Of a stretch of DNA of 33,460 nt, positions 18,934-27,552 are shown one piece after another. The DNA comes from Promethearchaeota archaeon (GTDB taxonomy: Archaea; Asgardarchaeota; Lokiarchaeia; Sigyniarchaeales; SOKP01), in NCBI GenBank assembly GCA_008080735.1, contig SHMW01000047.1:1-33460 (forward strand). The letters are read 5' to 3'. The translations under genes were made by a program, and so were the position numbers. Positions within the stretch are counted from its first letter, which is position 1, and the number at the start of each line of letters is the position of its first letter. The notes under the pieces are model-generated. The model made no database searches, was not told the origin of the DNA, and was given only the letters and a program-made list of their open reading frames with translations.

Positions 18934-19145
18934 TAGATGAATTTCACCTTGAGTTCTTAAACCTAAAAATATTCTATATTAAAAATAAAAGAAGAACTCA
19001 AATTTATTAATTTTGTTCTGATTTTTAGAAAAATTCCTAATGGAAATTTTTTGATTATTTTTCTGGATACATTTTCTAAAAAAGAAAAGACGGTTCTAAA
19101 GAAATCCATGAATTAATTTTAAAATTTTCAAAATTGCAGTTACGA

Positions 19146-20096
19146 TTAATAAAGAATCTCTCCAAAGAGCGTTGATATCGATTGTATATTATTTTTATCA
19201 TATTCGGGTGTATCTTTAATTAGTAAGAGATAATATGGAGGTGCTTCTTTTTTCAATGACAGTTTTGAAAATATAAAATAATTTTCGTCTTTTTGGATTA
19301 CTGTTGTTTTATTAGTACTCTCAATAGTTTCAAGCGAATCTGTGTCCACCCGTTCAAAACTATCATTTAAACTCAAGAAGTATGGAATCGAATCTTCGGC
19401 AAGGTCTTTTATCTCATCATCTACAAAATAAGAACTAATGAGGAGCGAGTTATCATCAACTATAATTACTCCTTTTGAGTTGGTTTTATTGACAAATTCT
19501 TGAAGTGTGGTATCAATTAGAACTGTCTTCGGAACCAAGGACAAGAATACTGAGGACATCGCTTTAACTATGGAAGAAATGTCAAAAATAGAAGTTTTAT
19601 GAAAATCTAAGTGGTCATAAGATACTTTCTCTTTAATGTTTTCTTTTAATCTCTCAACTACGTTTTTATATTGATCATTATGATATTGTACAATAGCAGG
19701 ATCATATTTGTGAAAGAAAATATGCACAAAAGGACTTATTTCTAATTCTTCAAACTTTTTTACTACTTTTTTTAAATAATCTATGGATTCATCAAATCGA
19801 TCTTCTTCTTGAATATCAATAACATAAATCGCAACGCTAGTATTAGCAAAATAATCATTTGGACGCTTTAAGTATGATATACGATACTTTCGCTGTCCAC
19901 CCAAATCCCATTCGCTAATTTGCTTTCCCAAAAAATCGAACATCCGTTTTTGGCTTCCTTGTGTAGGAGAAACATCTCCAATTTGAGCAAATTCTCGTTT
20001 CAAGGTCAAAATGATGGAGGATTTGCCAGCAAAATCTAAGCCCGTGAATAAAACTTTAGAAACTTCTGAACTCTCATCTTGCAAGTATTTTAACAT
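19146..20096 (-). CDS. Rag/Gtr-like small GTPase with C-terminal roadblock domain (paralog A)
   Basis: GLDFAGKS, SPTQG, WDLGGQ, HKYD, TSIFD...KAMS, GVIIVDDNSLLISS. Collinear with 17986-18933. SD GGGGTGA upstream. Confidence 0.88.
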   Translation of the reverse strand: MLKYLQDESSEVSKVLFTGLDFAGKSSIILTLKREFAQIGDVSPTQGSQKRMFDFLGKQISEWDLGGQRKYRISYLKRPNDYFANTSVAIYVIDIQEEDRFDESIDYLKKVVKKFEELEISPFVHIFFHKYDPAIVQYHNDQYKNVVERLKENIKEKVSYDHLDFHKTSIFDISSIVKAMSSVFLSLVPKTVLIDTTLQEFVNKTNSKGVIIVDDNSLLISSYFVDDEIKDLAEDSIPYFLSLNDSFERVDTDSLETIESTNKTTVIQKDENYFIFSKLSLKKEAPPYYLLLIKDTPEYDKNNIQSISTLFGEILY

Positions 20097-20243
20097 ATAT
20101 ATTCACCCCAACAATAATACTAACTAACAATACAATGCTAATCTACCATAATAAAAATTAATCCAATAAATAATTACCAAATAATTGATTTACTCTTTCA
20201 ATTTATAAGTAAAATGAGTGAAAAAATTTTATCCTAAAACAAG

Positions 20244-21593
20244 TTAATAATTTTGCTCGAGAAAGGCTTTAAAATCATCATAATTTTCTATTTCGGTTGG
20301 ATTAGGAATCTCCTCACGGTTTTGAATAATTTCTAAAGAACTTGGAGTCTTTGGAATAATGTCAATCAGTTCGATAATCTCATCTGGGAACTTGGCAGGG
20401 TCGGCAGTCTCAAAAGTTATCGATTTTATTTTATTATGTGCTGGATTATCCTTTCGATAATGCTGAAGCGCAGCCCATCCGACCGCTCCATGGGGTTCTA
20501 GGATTTCTTCATAACGAATATATGCATTTTTAATAGTTTCCTTAGTTTCCTCGTCTGATATGGAATATGAAACAATATCTTTGCGTATTTCTTCCATATT
20601 TGGCCTTTTGTGAATATTTCCCTTCTCATCAATGTGTCCTCCGTATAAATCAATTAAGCGAGCAAGATTCGACGGGTGCCCAACGTTCATAGCATTCGAG
20701 ATGCAATTTTTTGATGGCTCTACCTTCTCGTAGGTTCCAGTTTGTAGGAAATTCGGGAACTCATCATTTTCATTAACCGCCGCTATAAATTTTTTAACGG
20801 GAAGTCCCATTTTATAAGCTATCAATCCCCCCATCAAGTTTCCAAAATTACCCGAAGGTACCGAAAAGACTACTTCTTCTCCTTTCTCTTGGACAACTCG
20901 CGAATAACTCCAGAAATAATAGAGAGTTTGAGGGAGTAATCGCCCGAAATTAATAGAATTCGCAGATGAGAGCTTGAGATGAGATAAATCTGGATCTGCA
21001 AATGCTTTCTTTACAAAACGTTGACAATCATCAAATTTGCCTTGTATCCCAATAGCTGCAACATTTTTTCCCAATGTAGTCATTTGCTTTCTCTGTAAGT
21101 CGCTAATCTCATGCTTTGGATACAAAACGACAATTTGGATTCTGTCCATTTCATAAAATGCTTGGGCTACAGCGCCACCGGTATCTCCTGAAGTCGCAGT
21201 TAAGATGATAATATTTTCATCGTCTTGTTCCAAGAAATATTGCATTACACGTGCTAAAGTTCTTGCTCCGAAATCTTTGAAGCTACAAGTAGGTCCATTA
21301 TCTAGATAGCAAATATGATCATAATCTGTTATTTTATTTATAGGAACTTCAAAATTAAGTGCGTCTGTTACAATCTCCTTGAAGGTTTCTTTAGGAATAC
21401 TCTCTCTCACGATATTTGAAAGAACGATAAAACCAAGTTCATTTAGAGGTAATGACTGAAATGAATATATTTCCTCTTGAGATAATGTTTCGATTTCATC
21501 GAGCATATACAATCCTTTATCTGGAGCCTGACCCCTAAGTATTGCTTCTTTAAATCCTACATCAGGAGTATTATGATTAGTTGAATGAAACAT
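20244..21593 (-). CDS. thrC: Threonine synthase (long, E. coli/fungal-type)
   Basis: G.APDKGLY, GPTCSFKDFG (PLP Lys), ATSGDTGGA, FDDCQ, SANSINFGRL, VPSGNFGN, SNAMNVG.PSN, EPHGAV, TA.PAKF. Confidence 0.95.
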   Translation of the reverse strand: MFHSTNHNTPDVGFKEAILRGQAPDKGLYMLDEIETLSQEEIYSFQSLPLNELGFIVLSNIVRESIPKETFKEIVTDALNFEVPINKITDYDHICYLDNGPTCSFKDFGARTLARVMQYFLEQDDENIIILTATSGDTGGAVAQAFYEMDRIQIVVLYPKHEISDLQRKQMTTLGKNVAAIGIQGKFDDCQRFVKKAFADPDLSHLKLSSANSINFGRLLPQTLYYFWSYSRVVQEKGEEVVFSVPSGNFGNLMGGLIAYKMGLPVKKFIAAVNENDEFPNFLQTGTYEKVEPSKNCISNAMNVGHPSNLARLIDLYGGHIDEKGNIHKRPNMEEIRKDIVSYSISDEETKETIKNAYIRYEEILEPHGAVGWAALQHYRKDNPAHNKIKSITFETADPAKFPDEIIELIDIIPKTPSSLEIIQNREEIPNPTEIENYDDFKAFLEQNY

Positions 21594-21670
21594 AATGATA
21601 TTAATATCTAATCAAAGTTTCCCAAAAAACATTTTTAGTGAGAGAAAGATAAGATTATGATCTAAAATTT

Positions 21671-21916
21671 CTAATATTTCCCAAAAAAATCAGTAATATC
21701 AAAATAAATGATTCTTTCTCGTCCGTTAATGTCTAAAACAAATTTATCGTACATTTTATCGTTATCCTTGATAAGTGCTCGCTTTAACATTTTATATTTT
21801 CCAAAGCGTTTTTTCATTTCATCATATTGACGACTGACGCCTTCGATATTATTGCAACCCTGGATAACAATCGCACTTTCTTGGCAAGAGCCGTTTCCGC
21901 CTTGTATTAAAACCAT
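21671..21916 (-). CDS. Small hypothetical protein (GGNGS...AIVI...YD...YFDIT.FFGK type)
   Basis: 81-aa ORF in a co-directional run with protein-like composition. Confidence 0.7.
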   Translation of the reverse strand: MVLIQGGNGSCQESAIVIQGCNNIEGVSRQYDEMKKRFGKYKMLKRALIKDNDKMYDKFVLDINGRERIIYFDITDFFGKY

Positions 21917-21990
21917 ACTAAACCCTTATATTAGTTCTGAAGAAATAATATGACTCCTCTTATATAAGGGTATTTGTTAACAAAGCTTTA

Positions 21991-23352
21991 TTAAGAGTTT
22001 GATATTTTTGCTTTTTCATATATATATTGCTGGGTCGCAATCATAGAACTCGGGCCACTAAAAATATATGCTAAAATTGTCGATATCCCTACGGGGATGA
22101 ATAAGATAGGAAACCAGCTCATTTCAATAACAATTACAATAGCGGTAATAGGATTGTTAATCGCAGCTCCAAGAACAGATGCAATTCCTAAAATAACAAA
22201 CAATTCCACATATTCGGGGTAAACTAATATACCAAAAAACCCACCCAAAAGAGAACCTAATAGAATTAAAGGTAAAATAATTCCAGCACTATTTAATGTC
22301 CCTATGGAGAGAAATAATCCGAATAAAAATAAGAGAATAAGAAATAAAAGAAAATACCATGCAATATTAATATTAAGTAGATTAGTAAATTCAGTTAAAT
22401 AATCCGCATCCGGTCTGATAAGAATTTTTTCAAATTCTGCCCCAATGTACGGAATAATTAAGAATAGGAAAACTGAATAAAACAATGTTCCAACAAATGG
22501 TAAAATCCACAATCCAAGCTTATCTTTAAAAAAAATTGATAATTTATTTGTAAATCCTCTCAATAATCCCATAAACATAAGGACAAATAGACCGGAGAAA
22601 ATCCCAAATACCACCGTCAAAACTATGAAATATATATAATTGAGGTCCACAACATCTATAGACTGATGTAATTGTAGAAAGGGGTCAAGTCCAAAAAAGG
22701 CCGCGTAAATGAAATAGGCAATAGTAGAGGCAAGAATCGAAGGAATTAATGAGCGGTATTTAATGTGATTATTGTAAGGCAATTCCGCACAGAAAAGGGA
22801 ACCTCCAATTGGGGATCTCAATATCACGCCAGTACACGCGCTAGCTCCGGTAAAGGTTGATAATTCTCTTTCCACGTCAAAACGCTCCGATTTATAAAAT
22901 AAATAACCCAAATTCCCTCCAATTAATAATCCCGGACCCTCCAGCCCACAAATTACTCCTGAACCGAAAGTCCAAGAAGTCGCAAGAGTTTTTCCTATGA
23001 GGTTTTTTAATCGTTCAAATGATCTAGTAGGTACATCTGGTTCAATCTTTTTTAATATATGAACATCCTCGACAAATTCTGCGGCACCCGTACCCATTAC
23101 CCTATCGCACTTACACACTTTAACAATGAAACTGGTCAACCCTCCTGCTATAAGAGGGGATATAAAATATGGTAAAAATGAAAATCCCCATTCGAAAATC
23201 ATCAAAAGATAGAAAAACCCTACCATCAAAAATCCGCTTAACACTCCAAGAATGATTGAAATTAAGATAAGGTTTAAATATTTATTGAGCCAAAAGCGCT
23301 GCAATTGGAAAAATTCCTTGATTTTTTGAAAAAAGCTAGTATCTTCAGCCAT
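21991..23352 (-). CDS. CLC family chloride channel/transporter (no CBS domains)
   Basis: Multi-TM; MGTG, GLEGP (gating Glu), PIGGSLFCAE, AGIILP, PITAIVIVIE. Confidence 0.88.
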   Translation of the reverse strand: MAEDTSFFQKIKEFFQLQRFWLNKYLNLILISIILGVLSGFLMVGFFYLLMIFEWGFSFLPYFISPLIAGGLTSFIVKVCKCDRVMGTGAAEFVEDVHILKKIEPDVPTRSFERLKNLIGKTLATSWTFGSGVICGLEGPGLLIGGNLGYLFYKSERFDVERELSTFTGASACTGVILRSPIGGSLFCAELPYNNHIKYRSLIPSILASTIAYFIYAAFFGLDPFLQLHQSIDVVDLNYIYFIVLTVVFGIFSGLFVLMFMGLLRGFTNKLSIFFKDKLGLWILPFVGTLFYSVFLFLIIPYIGAEFEKILIRPDADYLTEFTNLLNINIAWYFLLFLILLFLFGLFLSIGTLNSAGIILPLILLGSLLGGFFGILVYPEYVELFVILGIASVLGAAINNPITAIVIVIEMSWFPILFIPVGISTILAYIFSGPSSMIATQQYIYEKAKISNS

Positions 23353-23402
23353 GGTTCTGGTTTAATACAAATTGGAGATAATATATTATTAGTTCTTTTA
23401 AT

Positions 23403-23960
23403 TTAAAAAGTGTCAGTAAAACTGAGATCTTTATTAGTATTTTTCGGAAAAAGCTTATTTAAAATTTTAATAACTTCTTCTGGAGAATCCGCACCATAGA
23501 TTTTATCTGCCCTCCTATTATCAATTTTTTCATTTGCTAGCTTGGAAGACCATCCTGGCACACTCGCAAGAGCAACAATGGGTTTTTGATAAATCCATGC
23601 GAAACACATTTCTGATAATGTACCTGCCTTGCCACCGATTGCAACTACAGCATCGCCGCTTAATACAACAATTAGATTTCTGGCTTGAGAAAAAGGAACT
23701 GGGATAGCAATATCAACATAATCATTTGCAGCATTTTTTTCTTTATAGGGTATGATTCCAATAGTTAATCCATTTTCTTGTTTCGCACCTTTACAGACTG
23801 CCTCCATACCACCAAATAATCCCCCACATGAAATTGCATAATTATTTTTCGCCAAAAGGCGCCCTATGTTCACCGCTTTTTCTTCGGTGTCTTTATCGAT
23901 TTCGCTTCCACATATGACTGATACAATCCCCTTACATTCCTTTTTGAAATTAAAATTCAT
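23403..23960 (-). CDS. LOG-like / TIGR00725 family nucleotide phosphoribohydrolase
   Basis: CGGLFGGMEAVCKGA...GLTIGIIP, ARN, IGGKAGTLSE. Confidence 0.9.
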   Translation of the reverse strand: MNFNFKKECKGIVSVICGSEIDKDTEEKAVNIGRLLAKNNYAISCGGLFGGMEAVCKGAKQENGLTIGIIPYKEKNAANDYVDIAIPVPFSQARNLIVVLSGDAVVAIGGKAGTLSEMCFAWIYQKPIVALASVPGWSSKLANEKIDNRRADKIYGADSPEEVIKILNKLFPKNTNKDLSFTDTF

Positions 23961-24020
23961 CTCTAATTCACTAATAGATTTATAAAAACAAGTAATTTTA
24001 GATTAGTTATAAATGCTTTT

Positions 24021-25037
24021 TTAGGTTTTTTGACGAGACAATTTAATTGAGACAAGGTCATTTAGAATGGCAGAAGCTGCTTCATATCCGCCGGCACCTC
24101 GACCCATTATTACAATAGGTCCAGCTCTTTTTGTTTGAAATTCAATCACATTTAAAGTTCCACTAATATTAAGTGGGGAATCTTTTTCAATTATCCTCGG
24201 TTCAACAATTAATCTATTATTTTCCGCAATTGCTAAATGTTTAATGACAAACCCATCAGATTTTGCAAGATCGATGGCTTGGGGGGTTATCTTAGATATC
24301 CCGTTAATTTTTACGTCATCTATCGTTAAATCCCAATGAAGGATTTCATTTGCAAGAATAACTATCTTCCCGGCAGCATCATAACCTTCTATATCCAAAG
24401 TCGGATCTGCTTCAGCATAACCAAGTTCCTGGGCTTCCTTTAGAGCTAAAGAAAAATCAACACCCTCAGACGACATCCTACTTAAAATGTAGTTGGAAGT
24501 TCCGTTCAATATTGCCCTTATACTAATGATTTCGTTTGCTAATAAATTCTGTTTCATCGAAAGTGTAGGGACACACGAAGCTACAGTTGCTTCATATTTA
24601 ACAATACAGTGGTTCTTGTTAGCTAATTTATGTATTTCCTTATATTTGAGATAGAACGGTCCTTTATTAGAGGCAATTACATCAATATTATGCTCAATAG
24701 CTTTAATGATATGAGATAAAGCGGGTTCTCCCGTTTTTGGATTGGTTGGAGTGGTTTCGATGCATATATCAAGATTTAATTTAGGTATGTAATCAATCGC
24801 AGTGATGTCTGATTTCCAATATTGGGATTCTCTAAAATCTTTCCCCAATTTACGAATCTCAGATAAATCTAATCCCTCTTGGTTTATTAATGCTCCATCA
24901 AATTCAAAAATAGCGATAAGGCCAATTTCTAGGTCATAATAATGTTTTAATGCCTCTTTCTTCTCTTCTATAAGCTCCAAAAGACATGAACCCACATTTC
25001 CTTTGCCAATTAAGCAACAATTTATTTTCATTTTCAT
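24021..25037 (-). CDS. hom: Homoserine dehydrogenase (archaeal short type)
   Basis: IGKGNVG, ASNKGP, YEATV, ILNGTSNYIL, AQELGYAEADPTLDIEGYDAAGK, GRGAGG.EAASAIL.D. Confidence 0.95.
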   Translation of the reverse strand: MKMKINCCLIGKGNVGSCLLELIEEKKEALKHYYDLEIGLIAIFEFDGALINQEGLDLSEIRKLGKDFRESQYWKSDITAIDYIPKLNLDICIETTPTNPKTGEPALSHIIKAIEHNIDVIASNKGPFYLKYKEIHKLANKNHCIVKYEATVASCVPTLSMKQNLLANEIISIRAILNGTSNYILSRMSSEGVDFSLALKEAQELGYAEADPTLDIEGYDAAGKIVILANEILHWDLTIDDVKINGISKITPQAIDLAKSDGFVIKHLAIAENNRLIVEPRIIEKDSPLNISGTLNVIEFQTKRAGPIVIMGRGAGGYEAASAILNDLVSIKLSRQKT

Positions 25038-25067
25038 TAAACCCTTATGATTTTAATTTGGAGGCAA

Positions 25068-25559
25068 TTATGAATGTATTAGCATCAATTGTTTTTCATC
25101 GCAAATTTTATTCAGTTCCAGAAGGATTTGCTCTTTACTCATCGATTCTGGGAAATCTAATTTAAATTTCACATTGCTGATTTCGCTGATTTCTGTAAAT
25201 TTCGCTTGAAGATCCGGAACTTTAATCCCCTTTTCTGCTAATCTTTCAATAGTATCAACGATATCAGTATCAAAAACATGCCCTGTTAATATAACCGTTA
25301 GATGACGTTCTTCTTTTCCAAGGGTAATATTATCAATACGAATATTTTTTTCTCCTAATTCTTTTTTAATGTTTTCCAAGCTCGTTTCTTTTAATTCTTC
25401 GTTCAGCTCGAAAGTTATGTTCACTGGAATCATATTGTTTAACTTTTTATCGTGATGATGCAAAATACCGAAGATGTTTCCACCATTATTTGAAATCGGT
25501 TTAATTAATTCTATTAAACTTCCAGGTGTATCCGGAATGCGAACTTCTAAATCGATCAT
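25068..25559 (-). CDS. Double-ACT-domain allosteric regulator of homoserine dehydrogenase
   Basis: DTPGSL..LIKPISNNGGNI...H, VIL.GHVFDTDI.DTI..L; 30 bp upstream of hom. Confidence 0.88.
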   Translation of the reverse strand: MIDLEVRIPDTPGSLIELIKPISNNGGNIFGILHHHDKKLNNMIPVNITFELNEELKETSLENIKKELGEKNIRIDNITLGKEERHLTVILTGHVFDTDIVDTIERLAEKGIKVPDLQAKFTEISEISNVKFKLDFPESMSKEQILLELNKICDEKQLMLIHS

Positions 25560-25624
25560 ACAATAATTATGTTATGTTTTATTCTCTATAGATTTTATCA
25601 TTCTAGATTTGTAAGATAAAAAAT

Positions 25625-26320
25625 TTAGGAGGAAGCATTATATCGCAAAAATTCTGGTATCCTTTCTCCACATTCTGGACAGAATGTCAAGCCTTCCGGT
25701 ATTTGTGACCCGCATTTAGGGCACTTTATCTTCCCTGCGGGTAAGCCCTCCGCGCTTTCATACGTTGTGGGCTCTGAGGGAGTTACATAATCCACTGTCT
25801 CCGATATCTTACTTTTTTTGAAAATAATAACGATTAAAGAGATTGCGAAAGCTGCAATTAATATGAACATAAGGATATAGCCCATACCTAGGATCGATTC
25901 ATAGGTTTGAGTATAATTAAATAGGCCACCAATGGTGATAGTGAATTGATATATTCCTGGCAGTGTTTGAATTTTCGGTTGAGTTTTTAATATAAAGGTA
26001 TCAGTTTGATTATTTCCCGTAAGGGTTTTTGTCTCATTTACTATATTAAAATAGATATTAGCATAATTATCACTTATTACGATATAAACTTGTCCACTCT
26101 CATTTGAAGTTATACTAATTTCAATTTGAGCCTCTATCCAAATTAAGTCTGGAAATTGATAACTAACAGTTTTATTCGCGAGTGTTTGGGAAATCGAAAT
26201 ATCTTGATTATTGTTATTCGGAACTTGATCCCGAGGACTCAAGGAATTAATTCCTATGAATGAAAATGCCAAAAGAGATAAAATGAATACAAAAATACTG
26301 AGATGAGTTTTCCGATTCAA
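25625..26320 (-). CDS. Membrane protein: signal/TM, beta-sandwich-like ectodomain, TM, cytoplasmic zinc ribbon
   Basis: TTG start with SD GAGGAGTGA; two hydrophobic segments; CPKC...FCPECG. Confidence 0.85.
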   Translation of the reverse strand: MNRKTHLSIFVFILSLLAFSFIGINSLSPRDQVPNNNNQDISISQTLANKTVSYQFPDLIWIEAQIEISITSNESGQVYIVISDNYANIYFNIVNETKTLTGNNQTDTFILKTQPKIQTLPGIYQFTITIGGLFNYTQTYESILGMGYILMFILIAAFAISLIVIIFKKSKISETVDYVTPSEPTTYESAEGLPAGKIKCPKCGSQIPEGLTFCPECGERIPEFLRYNASS

Positions 26321-26358
26321 AATTTTTCACTCCTCTTACAAATAATACTTAGTTTATT

Positions 26359-27345
26359 TTAAAATTTAATTACATCAATAAAAGAATTTTTCATTCCACG
26401 ATTTATTCTCAAAAGATTTTGCTCTTCAATTATTTTACCAATGACATTAGCATTTAATCCAAACTTTTTGAATATTTCTACAATTTTTTTACAATTATGT
26501 TCCGGGGCTGTCAATATGAATGATGTAGTTAGATACATTTTCGAATACATGATTATATCATAATTAGCCTCTTTAAGAATGGGCGGAATTTTAATCATTG
26601 ATATATCGATATCTGCTCCTACTCCCGAATACTTTATTAATTGAAGCATCGTGCCAAAGATTCCTCCATTAGAAATATCCTTTGATGCAGTCGCTAAATG
26701 TTTCTCCGCCACTTTATTCATCGATTTGCGTTTTTCTAACACCAGCTCTGAATCTTTAAACGTTGTCGTATCAAAAAAATATTTACTGGCTTTTCCGATG
26801 TGTCCCTCAAAATCGGAAGCTAAAATTATATAATCACCCACTTGAGCTCCCCCAGCGGAGATATAATTTTCCTTTTTAATCTCACCGATCATTGTAGAGC
26901 TTAATTCATAACATTTCCCAGAAGTATTTGTGTGTCCCCTGATTATTGGTACTCTAAATTTTTGAGACCCTTCGCAGATTCCTTCTAAGATCTTTTTTCC
27001 AATTGATTCTTTTTTAAAGGAAAGAATTACACTGGCACCTAATGGCTTCCCACCACACGCATATATGTCATCTACACTTACTAAAATACTACTAAACCCC
27101 GCTCCAAACGGATTACTCTCAATAAATGAAGTAATGATACGATCTGTGGTTATTAAGGTATATAATTCCCCATCTCGGATTGCTGCAGAATCCTCTCCTA
27201 AATCTGAGAAAATTCTCTGGCTTTTATAACTATTTGAATCAATATATTGTACAATGGGATTAATTTCTTTTTTTTCAATGATGTTTTTATTATTTCGTAT
27301 CGATTTAGCTAATTTTTCTAATTCATTAACCATGCTTATCTTCAA
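26359..27345 (-). CDS. PurM/AIR-synthase-related ATPase (methanogenesis marker 2 / ThiL-like superfamily)
   Basis: GEDSAAI, TTD, VSVDDIYACGGKP, RGHT, KDISNGGIFGT. Confidence 0.85.
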   Translation of the reverse strand: MKISMVNELEKLAKSIRNNKNIIEKKEINPIVQYIDSNSYKSQRIFSDLGEDSAAIRDGELYTLITTDRIITSFIESNPFGAGFSSILVSVDDIYACGGKPLGASVILSFKKESIGKKILEGICEGSQKFRVPIIRGHTNTSGKCYELSSTMIGEIKKENYISAGGAQVGDYIILASDFEGHIGKASKYFFDTTTFKDSELVLEKRKSMNKVAEKHLATASKDISNGGIFGTMLQLIKYSGVGADIDISMIKIPPILKEANYDIIMYSKMYLTTSFILTAPEHNCKKIVEIFKKFGLNANVIGKIIEEQNLLRINRGMKNSFIDVIKF

Positions 27346-27552
27346 ATATAGAAAGTCTTACTTAATTATAATTATTATTCTCAACTATTAATAATTCAAC
27401 AATAACTCATTCTTCTATACAAATCTATGATTATGATCAAAATGCTCAAATTCTAAAAAGGAATGGAGTCAACAAAAATAAACTTATTAGTTAGAATTTT
27501 CACAAAAATAATAAGAATATTCCTAAACGCAATTTACAACGTTTAATGAGAA

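Noticed and set aside
26359-27345. SelD or true ThiL assignment
   Set aside because: Lacks the SelD N-terminal (C/U)xxK motif; the N-terminus fits the marker-2-like subfamily.
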